In this document: piece after piece, positions 27,677 to 37,186 of the stretch
Position numbering within the stretch: the stretch's first letter is position 1
Layout: each line of letters opens with the position of its first letter
IMG/VR virus record: IMGVR_UViG_3300025120_000020
DNA: 64,000 bases
From: a virus
Reading direction: 5' to 3' (one strand)
Made by a program: the position numbers and the translations under genes
Notes under the pieces: model-generated
What the model saw: the letters and a program-made list of their open reading frames with translations, nothing else
Databases searched by the model: none
What the model was told of the DNA's origin: nothing

Positions 27677-29632
27677 ATGGCCACTCCAAACATAGTTCCA
27701 AACTCAAATAACGAAGGTCGCCTTGGCCGCTCTGGCTTGCAATGGCTTGAAGTGCGAGGTCAGTCTATTTATCAGAACGGCAATCAGGTCGCGGACCTCG
27801 CGAGCCCTGCTTTTACCGGAAACCCAACTGCGCCAACGCAGTCTTCTTCAGATAATTCGACCAAGATTGCAACGACCGCCTTCGTCAAGAATGTGCTGTT
27901 TAATGATGGCTACCCCTTGTTTTCAGCTCACGCGGACCAAAGAATCCCGAAATATGTTACATCAAGTGGTAAATATGAGGACTCAGGCTACACATCCGCT
28001 GATTTCTTCAACCTCGCCAATGCAACCGGAACACTTACGAGCACTGGTAGTTTAATCGGACCTACTGGAGTTATTGGTGGTTCGTCAGACCTTCAAGATG
28101 ACATTTCCAACATCAACACTCGATTGGCTACTGTCGAAGGGGCGAGTCATGCCGCAGTTAGCCACACCCATGTCAGCGCCGACATCACTGATGCGAGCGC
28201 TACCGGAACTGCCAGCGTCCTTGTTCTCAGAGGCAGCACTGGAGAGGTAGTAGGGGGCAGCTCAGCCTCGACAGGCAATGGTATTACAGGTGACGCAACT
28301 GGAACACAAGGAATTGGAGTATTCGGGTCTAATATTGCTGGAGCAAGCGGAGCAGGGGGATCTTTTGTGTCCACAGCAACTTCCTCACCCGGCGCTGGCG
28401 TTATTTCCGAAATGAGCGGTAGCGCAACCAGACCAAACTTTTGGGGGTTTGGAACAGGCACTGGCAACTTTCTTGAATTTGCAGCCACTGCGGTTAGCGC
28501 GGCTCTTTTTTACATCACTAAGGCCGCTGAAATAGTCTGGGGGGTAGGAGCAAACACTAAAAAGATTGCTCCCGGAACGGCTACAGGAAACCGTGTTGCA
28601 ACTCTTCCTGACGCAACCGGGACTATTGTTCTTGGTGATGGTTCTGGAGTTACTGGTGCCACAGCTTTCAGAACCGCCATTGGCCTCGGAAGCTCATCCG
28701 ATCCCGAGTTCACGACTGTAGCAGTCGATGCAGGCACAAGCTCTGGATTGCTATTTGGATCTGGCGGGGCAAAGCTTGCATTGCAATCTGCCTCTTCCAC
28801 CACCACATACAGACTACCCTCTGGAGGGGGATCTGCTGAAAATCTTGTTGACGGAAAAGGGAATGGATTAACAGCCTCTAATTTCCGAACAGCCCTTGGG
28901 GTAGTTGCGGGCAGCGGCGGAACCATGACAGGAACGCTGATAATTAATCCTTCTTCGGGTTCGACCCAGTTGCAACTGACTGGAGCCAGCGGAAACACTG
29001 GAAGCATTATTTGCAATCCCGGTGGAGCAAGAACCTACACTATGCCCGACGCGACGGGAACCTTTGTTCTTGGAGATGGATCAGGAATTACCAGTGCTGC
29101 AAGTTTCAGAACCGCCCTTGGCGTTAGCCAAATCGGCTCCGATGTATCTATCGGGTATGCCCACGCTTACATAAAGCAGACATCAGCAGCAGCGGTAGCT
29201 ACGCCTGCGAGTGCCTCCCCGTCCATTGTAGTAGCTCCTTCAGCCAGCTTCCTGATGAGCAGCACAAGCCTGTTCACCATCCCAAATGCCGCATCAGCAA
29301 GCCTCACCTATGGTGGAGCTGGGGCTGACTCGTCGGGATCTGCTAATTTTGTTGTGTCTGCGTCGGTTTCTGTAGAAGACGCTGGAGCTAATCACGAAAT
29401 TGAACTTTCCATTGGTAAGGGAGGGACTCAGCAAACTGGCACAGTAATGAAGGCTACATATGGCTTATCGGGCACCCCCGGAGCCGATACCTCCATAAAC
29501 ATTGCCACTCAAGGAATTGTCAGTTTAGCTTTCAATGATACCATTCAGGTAATGATTCAAGACAAGGATGGAACCCCGGCAGACCTCAAGGTTGCTATGC
29601 TACATATCTCAATTATGCCGTTAAATAGTTAA
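27677..29632 (+). CDS. tail fibre protein
   Basis: ASPAFTGNPTAPT..DNSTKIATTAFV fibre motif; Gly/Ser/Thr rich; internal repeats T(L/M)PDATGT.VLGDGSG...FRTA(I/L)G. Confidence 0.8.
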   Translation: MATPNIVPNSNNEGRLGRSGLQWLEVRGQSIYQNGNQVADLASPAFTGNPTAPTQSSSDNSTKIATTAFVKNVLFNDGYPLFSAHADQRIPKYVTSSGKYEDSGYTSADFFNLANATGTLTSTGSLIGPTGVIGGSSDLQDDISNINTRLATVEGASHAAVSHTHVSADITDASATGTASVLVLRGSTGEVVGGSSASTGNGITGDATGTQGIGVFGSNIAGASGAGGSFVSTATSSPGAGVISEMSGSATRPNFWGFGTGTGNFLEFAATAVSAALFYITKAAEIVWGVGANTKKIAPGTATGNRVATLPDATGTIVLGDGSGVTGATAFRTAIGLGSSSDPEFTTVAVDAGTSSGLLFGSGGAKLALQSASSTTTYRLPSGGGSAENLVDGKGNGLTASNFRTALGVVAGSGGTMTGTLIINPSSGSTQLQLTGASGNTGSIICNPGGARTYTMPDATGTFVLGDGSGITSAASFRTALGVSQIGSDVSIGYAHAYIKQTSAAAVATPASASPSIVVAPSASFLMSSTSLFTIPNAASASLTYGGAGADSSGSANFVVSASVSVEDAGANHEIELSIGKGGTQQTGTVMKATYGLSGTPGADTSINIATQGIVSLAFNDTIQVMIQDKDGTPADLKVAMLHISIMPLNS

Positions 29633-29635
29633 GCT

Positions 29636-30349
29636 ATGAAATTACACCTCGCACTAATATCACTTGCGGCTCTATTGCTTGCAAGTTGTGCGACTTCGGA
29701 CTCTAATACTTTAGCTCCGCAGGCTGTTCCGGTTCCCCCTCCTGTTGCAACACCAAATATTGGACGGGCTGAAGAGCAGGTTCGCAAGGTGGAGGACAAG
29801 GTGGAGGATGTTGAGGATGCTGTCCGCGAGGTAGGGAGCCAACTGGAAGCGGCAAGAGCTTCGGCTAAATCAATTGAGGCGATTGCGGAGGAGGCTTATG
29901 CCAACGGGCTTGAGGCGGGATCATCGTCAGCAACAGACCTCAGAGCCTTTGTTAGTGAGCTGAAGGATGAGCTTAAAAGGTCAACTGAGGCGCGTGAGTC
30001 AGCGATGGTTGCGCTCGCTCAGACTAAAGTGGAGCTTGATAAGACTGAGCAGGCTAATGCCTTATTGCGGACGCAAATAACAACCATGGACGAGCAGAAC
30101 AAAGCGCTCGCAGCAAGGCTCAATGAGGCCAACGCAAGGATCAGGATAGGAGTCAAGATTGCAAAAGAGCGTGACGAGGCGCTTACAAAGTTGACAAAAA
30201 CTGAGGAAAAGCTATCCGGAGCCCGTAAATATGTTATCGGCGTCTGGATTGCTATAGTCCTAATTATCTTATACGTTGTCTTGAAAGTTCTTATTGCAAC
30301 TGGCAAGATCACACCGCAAGGCCGAATGGCTTCATTTCTTTTCCGATAA
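29636..30349 (+). CDS. lipoprotein with coiled coil and C-terminal TM (candidate unimolecular spanin)
   Basis: Lipobox LLASC, Pro-rich linker, long heptad region, C-terminal VIGVWIAIVLIILYVVL. Confidence 0.6.
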   Translation: MKLHLALISLAALLLASCATSDSNTLAPQAVPVPPPVATPNIGRAEEQVRKVEDKVEDVEDAVREVGSQLEAARASAKSIEAIAEEAYANGLEAGSSSATDLRAFVSELKDELKRSTEARESAMVALAQTKVELDKTEQANALLRTQITTMDEQNKALAARLNEANARIRIGVKIAKERDEALTKLTKTEEKLSGARKYVIGVWIAIVLIILYVVLKVLIATGKITPQGRMASFLFR

Positions 30350-30367
30350 CCATAACAAAAACCAACC

Positions 30368-30649
30368 ATGCCCACACATCTAAACCAGACCATGAACGTG
30401 AAGCACAAGTTTCAGGATAGCGCTATTGATGTGCTAAACCTTTCTGCTGCTGGAGCCGCTCCCGGCTCAGACTCAACCTTCAATAGTGTTGCAAGAGGCG
30501 TAATCTGTCAAACGGCAGGAAACCTTGAAGTCACCACTCTTGCGGATCATAAAGTAGTCATCCCTGTGCCTGTCGGTCAGCTTTCTATTTGCATTAAGAA
30601 AGTTTGGTCTGCAAGCACGACCGCTCAAGGAGTTTCAGTTCTTTTTTAA
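30368..30649 (+). CDS. head-spike base protein (RcGTA Rcc01079-like)
   Basis: ARGV..AGNLEV..PVG.L.I.IKKV..TTA pattern. Confidence 0.6.
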   Translation: MPTHLNQTMNVKHKFQDSAIDVLNLSAAGAAPGSDSTFNSVARGVICQTAGNLEVTTLADHKVVIPVPVGQLSICIKKVWSASTTAQGVSVLF

Positions 30650-30652
30650 GTC

Positions 30653-31936
30653 ATGCCCGGATCATTGCAACTCGGATTGGGGATTCAATGCGCTCAGGGG
30701 TTTCCATCCTCGTTCGACCCCTTATCCCTCAACCCGATTCTCGCATTTGAGGCAGAGAAGTCGATGATGGCCCCGCTGGCTTCCGAGTCCCTTGACCTTG
30801 ATCCGGCTACTCCATCGACGTTGGATATTATTACGGCTACCAGAGCGGGAACAGCAACATTCACTGACGCGAGTGGTAACATCCAAACCGCCTCACCAAA
30901 TACAGTTCGTGTTGATCACGTTGGCGGAGTGCCTATGATGCTTATTGAGCAAGCAGCTACTAACTTGGTTGTTAATAGTGAGGACTTTAGTGGGGTTGAT
31001 TGGAGTTATAGTTCTAACGCGATAGAAGTAAGTGAATCCAATAGCACACTGTCTCCGACGGGGTTACAGACAGCAGACAAACTTTCAAAAACTACAACCA
31101 GAGTATATGCTTACGCACATACGAACCAAACAATAACTTCAGGCCAAGCTTACACTTGGTCTGTGTTTATGAAGAAAGGAACTCACGATATCGGTTACTT
31201 ATCCTTAAATCAAGGCGACACTGAATACAAAGCATTTTATGATTTAACAGGTGGCACAAGCGGAATGATTACTGGGAGTGCGACTTCCAGCATAGAAGAT
31301 TTTGGAAATGATTGGTTTAGATGTTCTTTGCGCGGCGTTTCTTCTACTTCTGATGTTTCTGTAAGGTTCAATTTTGGTATGTCTTACACTACCTCTGGTG
31401 AAAATTGGCCGTCAGGCAGTCAGGGAGCTGGGCTATATGTTTACATATGGGGAGCGCAGCTTGAACAAGGCACAGTCGCCACATCCTTTATCCCCACATC
31501 AGGAAGCGCGGTGACGCGAGCGGCTGATGATCTTGTGATTGATGGTAGTGACTTTACAAACTTCTACAATACAAGTGAGGGAACCTTTTACGTAGAATTC
31601 ACTCCAAAGGATATTACCGTTGGAGAGCAGTATTTGTTGCGAGGGGGAGACAGTAATCGTAGAATTATTTATTCTAACGGAAACCTTAGTAACATTCGAA
31701 GCTATGATGGAGCTAATATTTTAACAATGTCCAATGCTGTTGCATCAAATGTTCTCCACAGAATAGCGGTGTCTTTCGATAGTAATACCATGAAAGGATC
31801 ACTTGATGGAGAAACTGAAGTCACATCTAATCATAGTGGAAATCTTCTTACATCATCCCTGCTTCAGGTAGGCACAAACTACATAGGCCACGTCAAGCGT
31901 CTCATCTACTGGCCTCATCACTCAGACAATCTCTAA
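30653..31936 (+). CDS. head-spike/fibre protein with carbohydrate-binding-like domains
   Basis: TRAGTATF.D..G..R.DH..LIEQAATNL, WGAQLE.G..ATSFIPT..VTRAAD and LamG-like C-terminus. Confidence 0.7.
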   Translation: MPGSLQLGLGIQCAQGFPSSFDPLSLNPILAFEAEKSMMAPLASESLDLDPATPSTLDIITATRAGTATFTDASGNIQTASPNTVRVDHVGGVPMMLIEQAATNLVVNSEDFSGVDWSYSSNAIEVSESNSTLSPTGLQTADKLSKTTTRVYAYAHTNQTITSGQAYTWSVFMKKGTHDIGYLSLNQGDTEYKAFYDLTGGTSGMITGSATSSIEDFGNDWFRCSLRGVSSTSDVSVRFNFGMSYTTSGENWPSGSQGAGLYVYIWGAQLEQGTVATSFIPTSGSAVTRAADDLVIDGSDFTNFYNTSEGTFYVEFTPKDITVGEQYLLRGGDSNRRIIYSNGNLSNIRSYDGANILTMSNAVASNVLHRIAVSFDSNTMKGSLDGETEVTSNHSGNLLTSSLLQVGTNYIGHVKRLIYWPHHSDNL

Positions 31937-31939
31937 ACA

Positions 31940-33529
31940 ATGGCACTCAATTTACAGACACTGACCAACTCCAGCACCAGTGCGGGGATTCTTACTGACT
32001 TGGCCAAGAGCGCGTCAAACCTTGACCTTGTCGCGTCCTTAGAGAACCAAGTAAGCGGAGGCGCGAATGCGACCCAGACCACAGCATCCAAACAGCCCCG
32101 CGCACACGCTCCAGTCGGCGGAGGTCATTTGTATCTATCAGGAGTGAGTGGGAACTACGCGAGTGTGCCTACAAGCACAGACTACGACAACCTTGCGAGC
32201 TTCACGATCGAGACCGAAGTGAGCCTGACCGATTGGAACGACACCTCAGATGCTCAAGCTCTCATGGCGAGGGCTTATAGCTGGGAAATCAGAGTGCAAG
32301 ACGGAGGCAAAATTCTTGTGGTTAATCGTAATTCATCGGGGTCGCAATACAATATCATATCGACAGCATCGCTGGGCCTCACCAACGGCACACTGGCTAA
32401 GGTCAGAGTCATGCGTGATGGTTACGATTGGAGCTTTTATAAGGATGATGGGTCAGGCTTTGTGCAAGTAGGGTCTACCGTAACGACCGCGCAAAACACC
32501 AATCAGGTCAACACAAGACCCATCGAGGTGGGTGCTTATAACAACGGCACTAATAAACCAGCAACGGGTTCGTTCAAACGTGCGCGACTGTGGGACAACG
32601 CATCACCAGACTCGACTGACCCCATTCTGGATATGTCCTTCTCCGACGGCGACCATGAGGCATCCTCCTTCACCTGCTCGACAGGGCAGACGGTAACCAT
32701 CAACACCTCAGGAACCGACCCCGCCACCATTGTTCGTAAATCATTCATGCGGATGGATATCGTCGATGACGAATATGAGTTCACAACGGATTCATCAGCG
32801 GTCAACGGAACCATCGTCGTTGGAACACTTGAGGGAACCTACAGCGCAAACATCTCCCTTGATGCTTCTACGCAATACGACCTGCAAGCGCGTGGTGTGG
32901 CATCTTCAGCGAACGTGGGATTCTTGAAGAACCCTGTGGGTTATCTCGTCTCCTCGTCGCCACTTAGTGAAAGTGAGGTCACTCAGATGGAGAACTACTT
33001 TGTTGATAAAGGGGCAGCAGCGAGGAGTGCATTTGGGAGTGTTACGAACTTCAATTCCGCATGGAAAGACTGCTCCTCAATCACATCATTCCCTGCGATC
33101 AACGCGCCATCAGTAACGGACTTCTATCGAGCATGGCGCCAATGCTCCTCTCTCACATCCTTTCCGCTGATTAATCCCGAATCGGCACTGCGCTTCCGTG
33201 AAACATGGTATGGCTGCACATCCCTCACCACGTTCCCTGCTAACTTCTTTGATGATTGGTCTCCCTCATCGCTATATACCAAAACGTTCGATAACGCATG
33301 GTATAACTGCACCTCCCTCACCGCTCAGTCCGTAGAAAACATCCTTGCCTCCATCGACACCAGCGGAGTCTACGGAACAAACACAGGGGCAAGCGGAGGC
33401 ACTCAGCTATCAGACATCACAATCGACATCGACTACGACGGAACCACGTTGTCATCCGCTACCGCCACGGCAATCACCAGCCTCAAATCTAAGAATTGGG
33501 CCATCTCAATCAACTCAGTAATTCAATAA
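31940..33529 (+). CDS. LamG-like plus BspA/DUF285-type LRR adhesin/fibre protein
   Basis: Concanavalin-like N-terminal part; repeats F..AW..C.S(L/I)T.FP. Confidence 0.65.
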   Translation: MALNLQTLTNSSTSAGILTDLAKSASNLDLVASLENQVSGGANATQTTASKQPRAHAPVGGGHLYLSGVSGNYASVPTSTDYDNLASFTIETEVSLTDWNDTSDAQALMARAYSWEIRVQDGGKILVVNRNSSGSQYNIISTASLGLTNGTLAKVRVMRDGYDWSFYKDDGSGFVQVGSTVTTAQNTNQVNTRPIEVGAYNNGTNKPATGSFKRARLWDNASPDSTDPILDMSFSDGDHEASSFTCSTGQTVTINTSGTDPATIVRKSFMRMDIVDDEYEFTTDSSAVNGTIVVGTLEGTYSANISLDASTQYDLQARGVASSANVGFLKNPVGYLVSSSPLSESEVTQMENYFVDKGAAARSAFGSVTNFNSAWKDCSSITSFPAINAPSVTDFYRAWRQCSSLTSFPLINPESALRFRETWYGCTSLTTFPANFFDDWSPSSLYTKTFDNAWYNCTSLTAQSVENILASIDTSGVYGTNTGASGGTQLSDITIDIDYDGTTLSSATATAITSLKSKNWAISINSVIQ

Positions 33530-33530
33530 T

Positions 33531-33920
33531 ATGCCTGAAGAAAATATAGAACTAACTCCAATCGAACAAAGCCGCGCCGAAACAGGACGGAGATATTTCG
33601 CGGTCGAACCTGATGTCTATGTCGCGATGTCTCAAGGAGTAGACCAAATTCGCAACTACCCAAAAGGTATAAATACAATTGCCCAGACACTGACGGGTCT
33701 AATCCCAATTGAGAAGCTGGAGACTGCAAATGATGACAGTGGCTTTGTCCTGACCTCTTTAGAGGTCTCGCGATTTACTGAGGCGGATGAAGCAATGATG
33801 GCTGATCCTATTGCATTAGGTCTGATTATAGAGATGACCAAAGCGGAGTTCGATACCCTAAAACCTTTGCCAATAGAGGAAATAGAGGAAATAGAGGAAA
33901 TAGAGGAAGATATAATTTAA
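33531..33920 (+). CDS. hypothetical acidic protein
   Basis: 129-aa ORF ending in IEE repeats. Confidence 0.6.
   Translation: MPEENIELTPIEQSRAETGRRYFAVEPDVYVAMSQGVDQIRNYPKGINTIAQTLTGLIPIEKLETANDDSGFVLTSLEVSRFTEADEAMMADPIALGLIIEMTKAEFDTLKPLPIEEIEEIEEIEEDII
33873..33908 (+). repeat. 4 x ATAGAGGAA tandem repeat at the strand/GC switch
   Basis: Seen directly. Confidence 0.95.
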
Positions 33921-33923
33921 AGG

Positions 33924-34175
33924 TTAAAAAGACTGCCTCTTCAAAGTTTTAAACATGTCATACAGGTATTGATCCTGCTTGCCAGCTTTTCTTACTTTAG
34001 TCTTCATTTCAAATGAATGTGATGTATGGGCGATCTCTCTTTTAATCACCCAGCCATCTTCAATAAAATAGTCGGTATCCCATTCAAATAACTCTGAAAT
34101 ATAATCAAGAGCAATCAAGTGTCTTTGACCCTCGGATATCTCAATTTCGACTTCCTGCTTACCTGTAATCTTCAT
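33924..34175 (-). CDS. hypothetical protein
   Basis: 83 aa; preceded by TTGACA-16-TGTAAT. Confidence 0.65.
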   Translation of the reverse strand: MKITGKQEVEIEISEGQRHLIALDYISELFEWDTDYFIEDGWVIKREIAHTSHSFEMKTKVRKAGKQDQYLYDMFKTLKRQSF

Positions 34176-34183
34176 GAATTGTT

Positions 34184-34211
34184 ATTACACTATTTGTGTC
34201 CAGATTGTCAA
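34184..34211 (-). promoter_or_regulatory. promoter TTGACA-16-TGTAAT (overlaps a GTGTAA motif)
   Basis: Seen directly, 8 nt before ATG 34175. Confidence 0.6.
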
Positions 34212-34243
34212 GAGGATTATATTTGGGTTTTATTTCTTCACAA

Positions 34244-34933
34244 TTAATCTTTAATAAAAGTGGAGTGCATCAAAGGAGTATGGTCAACACCATGAAATCC
34301 AAATGTGTCATAAGTTGAGAGTTCATCCGTAATGTGCTTTTGTTCTGGACACGCATTCCACTCAACTCCGAATTTAGCTGCCAACTCAACGGGAGCAAAT
34401 TTAATTTTATAAAGGGACTCTAGCTCCTCCTTTGACTTTAAACAAATAAATACATCTTCATTTCCAAAGGGACCATTAAGAGGATCTGTTATCTTCTTAG
34501 TGGCTTGCAATAATTTCTTACTTCTAAGAGAGAAGCCTCCATTCCCAACCCTACGAGATTTATCATTTATTGGATCGCGCCAAGGAGAACCAATGTAATC
34601 ATAGTTAAGGAATTCATCTTTCCAAAGCGAAGCATCGATTATAAATCCATCGTTTTCAATCGTTAAAACAAAATCCGTATTTATGTGATTGTCCAAACGA
34701 TTAAGTTTGAAAAAATTATAAGATTCATAACTGGAGTCCAAGTCATCTTCAAAGACGAATCTAACTCCAAGCGCTTCAAATTTAGAGGTATCTAGGTTGG
34801 GGATTTTTGAGCAAATCACGAAATCATCGAATTCAAAAACAGAGATGCAATGTTTAACAATCCCCAAGGTTATCTCTACCTCATCTTCTGATGAAATATA
34901 AGTAAAAAGAGATATGGTTTTATTGGATTTCAA
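34244..34933 (-). CDS. DUF5672-like glycosyltransferase-related protein
   Basis: DGF, YDYIGSPW, VGNGGFSLRSK, EDVF and FGFH motifs. Confidence 0.75.
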   Translation of the reverse strand: MKSNKTISLFTYISSEDEVEITLGIVKHCISVFEFDDFVICSKIPNLDTSKFEALGVRFVFEDDLDSSYESYNFFKLNRLDNHINTDFVLTIENDGFIIDASLWKDEFLNYDYIGSPWRDPINDKSRRVGNGGFSLRSKKLLQATKKITDPLNGPFGNEDVFICLKSKEELESLYKIKFAPVELAAKFGVEWNACPEQKHITDELSTYDTFGFHGVDHTPLMHSTFIKD

Positions 34934-34935
34934 GA

Positions 34936-35130
34936 CTAATCTTCAGTAAAAGTTATATCACGAACTTCAAGGTCTTCTGGGTTTTTCGCAGCGCGAGCTT
35001 CTGCTTTTTTTAGTTCATTTTCTGTAAAGAGAAAGTGTCTATCATCATCAGAACTAATCTGAATATAGACAAGCGCACCATTACCTCTCTTATCATTATT
35101 GACAACAGCCTTGATATATGCGTATTTCAT
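34936..35130 (-). CDS. hypothetical protein
   Basis: 64 aa, packed in operon. Confidence 0.55.
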   Translation of the reverse strand: MKYAYIKAVVNNDKRGNGALVYIQISSDDDRHFLFTENELKKAEARAAKNPEDLEVRDITFTED

Positions 35131-35148
35131 GATGGTATTAGCCTGAAT

Positions 35149-35385
35149 TTATTCGTATTCAAAAAACGACTCTTCAATGCCACCCATAATATTGTCTTCC
35201 TCTATTGGACAATCGCTCAGAATGTTAGATAACATTTCATTTTCCTCTTCTGTAGGCTGTTCAGAGTCATCAAGTATCTTCTGAAATCTTTCGATAGAGC
35301 CAAAATTATCAATAATATCTCCATCCTCCAACTCATAAGTGCGAACTTGCTGGAGAGAGCGAAGTTCAATTTTTTTTATTTGCAT
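35149..35385 (-). CDS. hypothetical acidic protein
   Basis: 78 aa, packed in operon. Confidence 0.55.
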   Translation of the reverse strand: MQIKKIELRSLQQVRTYELEDGDIIDNFGSIERFQKILDDSEQPTEEENEMLSNILSDCPIEEDNIMGGIEESFFEYE

Positions 35386-35388
35386 AAT

Positions 35389-36006
35389 TTAATAACCCCA
35401 ACTATTTAAGGTATGTCTAAACGGATTTTCTTCGATATTCCTAACCAAGTCAAGCATTTTTTGAGCGATTTCTCTTATTTCTTTTTGAGCGTGTTCACTA
35501 TTCCTAAGTTTTAGGAAGTTTGCAAAGCTTCTCATGTTGAATTGAACATCTGCTTGAATACGACTATTGTAAGTCTTGAAGAACCGTGCGGATTCCTTTG
35601 CTCGTTTGCGCCCTAACTCTGGCTCAAGTTCAGCAATGCATTGGTGGTAAAGCTCATTCCCTTTTTGTGTGTAAGACACTAACATTTCCTGCCAAAACGC
35701 TGGCCAATCTTCAGGAAGAAACATTTTGTCTTCCTTAAGCTCTTTGTAGCGAGCCGATTCAGCATTGAGCGAAGAAATCCTATGTTTAAGCAAATGTATA
35801 TGACTGGCAATATCACAATCAACAAGAAAGTGAACGCTACCCTTCTCAAAGGGTGTCTCATGTCCGTTACTCCAAAGCATGTCGATGAGCTTCGGAATTC
35901 TCTGTCTTTTCTCTTCATTTAACTCTCTACTTGTTGAAGTCCATGCGCTACAAGCGATGACTTCATCAGATCCATAGTGTCCAAGTAATTCTACTGTATT
36001 TGTCAT
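35389..36006 (-). CDS. thyX: FAD-dependent thymidylate synthase
   Basis: GHETPFE, KHR.SS.N.ESARY and N.RS..NFL.LR..HAQ.EIR motifs. Confidence 0.9.
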   Translation of the reverse strand: MTNTVELLGHYGSDEVIACSAWTSTSRELNEEKRQRIPKLIDMLWSNGHETPFEKGSVHFLVDCDIASHIHLLKHRISSLNAESARYKELKEDKMFLPEDWPAFWQEMLVSYTQKGNELYHQCIAELEPELGRKRAKESARFFKTYNSRIQADVQFNMRSFANFLKLRNSEHAQKEIREIAQKMLDLVRNIEENPFRHTLNSWGY

Positions 36007-36012
36007 ATTTTA

Positions 36013-36783
36013 TCAATATTTAAATGGATTTGCCGTGATAAATGTATTTGGCATTATCTTCCTAACATAAACATACCCTGAATTACGATAAGAGTCAAGC
36101 ATGTGATTTGTTAATGTTCTAAAAACCTTTGGAGTTCTATCTTTTACGCCCTTATTATTCATGGTAATACTCCAATCAGAATAAGTGGTTGCTTGGCCCA
36201 TTTCAAAGTCCATGCCCAACTGTTTCGCTATTCCCCAAAAATAAAACTCATCAGCAAAGATAACTTTTTCTTTCACAAAGAACTGTGACCAGTGCTCAAA
36301 AGTCTCAACAAACACTTCCACATCTTTTCTTCGGCAAACAAAAAACTGACAAACAGCGTTATACTCACCAAAATCGTAACCTTTTATCCCCTCCTTGAAA
36401 ATCTTTTGACCTTTAACTTTTGTGTGGAAGCTAAAATGCTTGGTAAAAGTCGTTTTTTTATATTTTTTTTTGATCAGGTCTACTGTGGTATCCAAATCAT
36501 ACAGGGGGAAATGAGAATCGCTAATTAAAGTAAAGTATTCATTGTCCTCGTCCTCTAAAGCTGCCCTCATTAGCTCTATTGTCGCTTCTACTAATGAAAA
36601 ATGACCCCAAGCTGTTGGAACGGTATTTTTTATGCAGTAATTAGAGAATGGGTGCTTAGTTTGATGTTTTGAGTGCAAATAAAGATTAAAACAGTCCTTG
36701 TCTCCCTGATTAAAAAACTCCTCCCAAACGCGATTGTGATAAAAAGAATTGATTGTTAAATTCAAAAAAGCTACTTTTTCCAT
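36013..36783 (-). CDS. core-2/I-branching (GT14-like) glycosyltransferase
   Basis: LY.H, TAWG.FSLV.A..L..AL.D..N.YF.LIS.S..PL, DEFYF and TY.DW motifs. Confidence 0.75.
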   Translation of the reverse strand: MEKVAFLNLTINSFYHNRVWEEFFNQGDKDCFNLYLHSKHQTKHPFSNYCIKNTVPTAWGHFSLVEATIELMRAALEDEDNEYFTLISDSHFPLYDLDTTVDLIKKKYKKTTFTKHFSFHTKVKGQKIFKEGIKGYDFGEYNAVCQFFVCRRKDVEVFVETFEHWSQFFVKEKVIFADEFYFWGIAKQLGMDFEMGQATTYSDWSITMNNKGVKDRTPKVFRTLTNHMLDSYRNSGYVYVRKIMPNTFITANPFKY

Positions 36784-36829
36784 TAATTTGTGTTTATAGT
36801 GTATTATAATAGTATAACCCAATTATACT

Positions 36830-37186
36830 ATGGACAATTTTGAAAATCCCTTAGAAAGTCAGGCCAGCGTCAATGATGCTGGAGAAATGGAAGTAACCAT
36901 CGCCAAGAAGTATTCTCAAGCAGAAGCTGGAGTTTACAAGTCTTACATGCACATGTGCGCTATGGACGATAAAATGTTTACAGATACAGCTGGGATGGGT
37001 GATAAGGATACTTACGGTGCTTGTGCCATGCAATATGGTAAAATGCGAGCCATGATGATGGACGATAGCAAAGGAGAACTCACTGAAAAACAAAAGAAAT
37101 TACCCCCAGCATTACAAAAAGCCATCATCGAGAAGATGAAAAAAGAGGGTAAGAATAAAGAAGACGAGAAAGAAGAAAAAGAATAA
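36830..37186 (+). CDS. hypothetical protein, possible internal head protein
   Basis: LTEKQKKLPPALQKAI motif; SxA sites; GTGTAT upstream. Confidence 0.6.
   Translation: MDNFENPLESQASVNDAGEMEVTIAKKYSQAEAGVYKSYMHMCAMDDKMFTDTAGMGDKDTYGACAMQYGKMRAMMMDDSKGELTEKQKKLPPALQKAIIEKMKKEGKNKEDEKEEKE

Noticed and set aside
32990-33330. LRR repeats as a possible diversity-generating retroelement target
   Set aside because: No reverse transcriptase and no template/variable repeat pair differing only at adenines was seen in the window.
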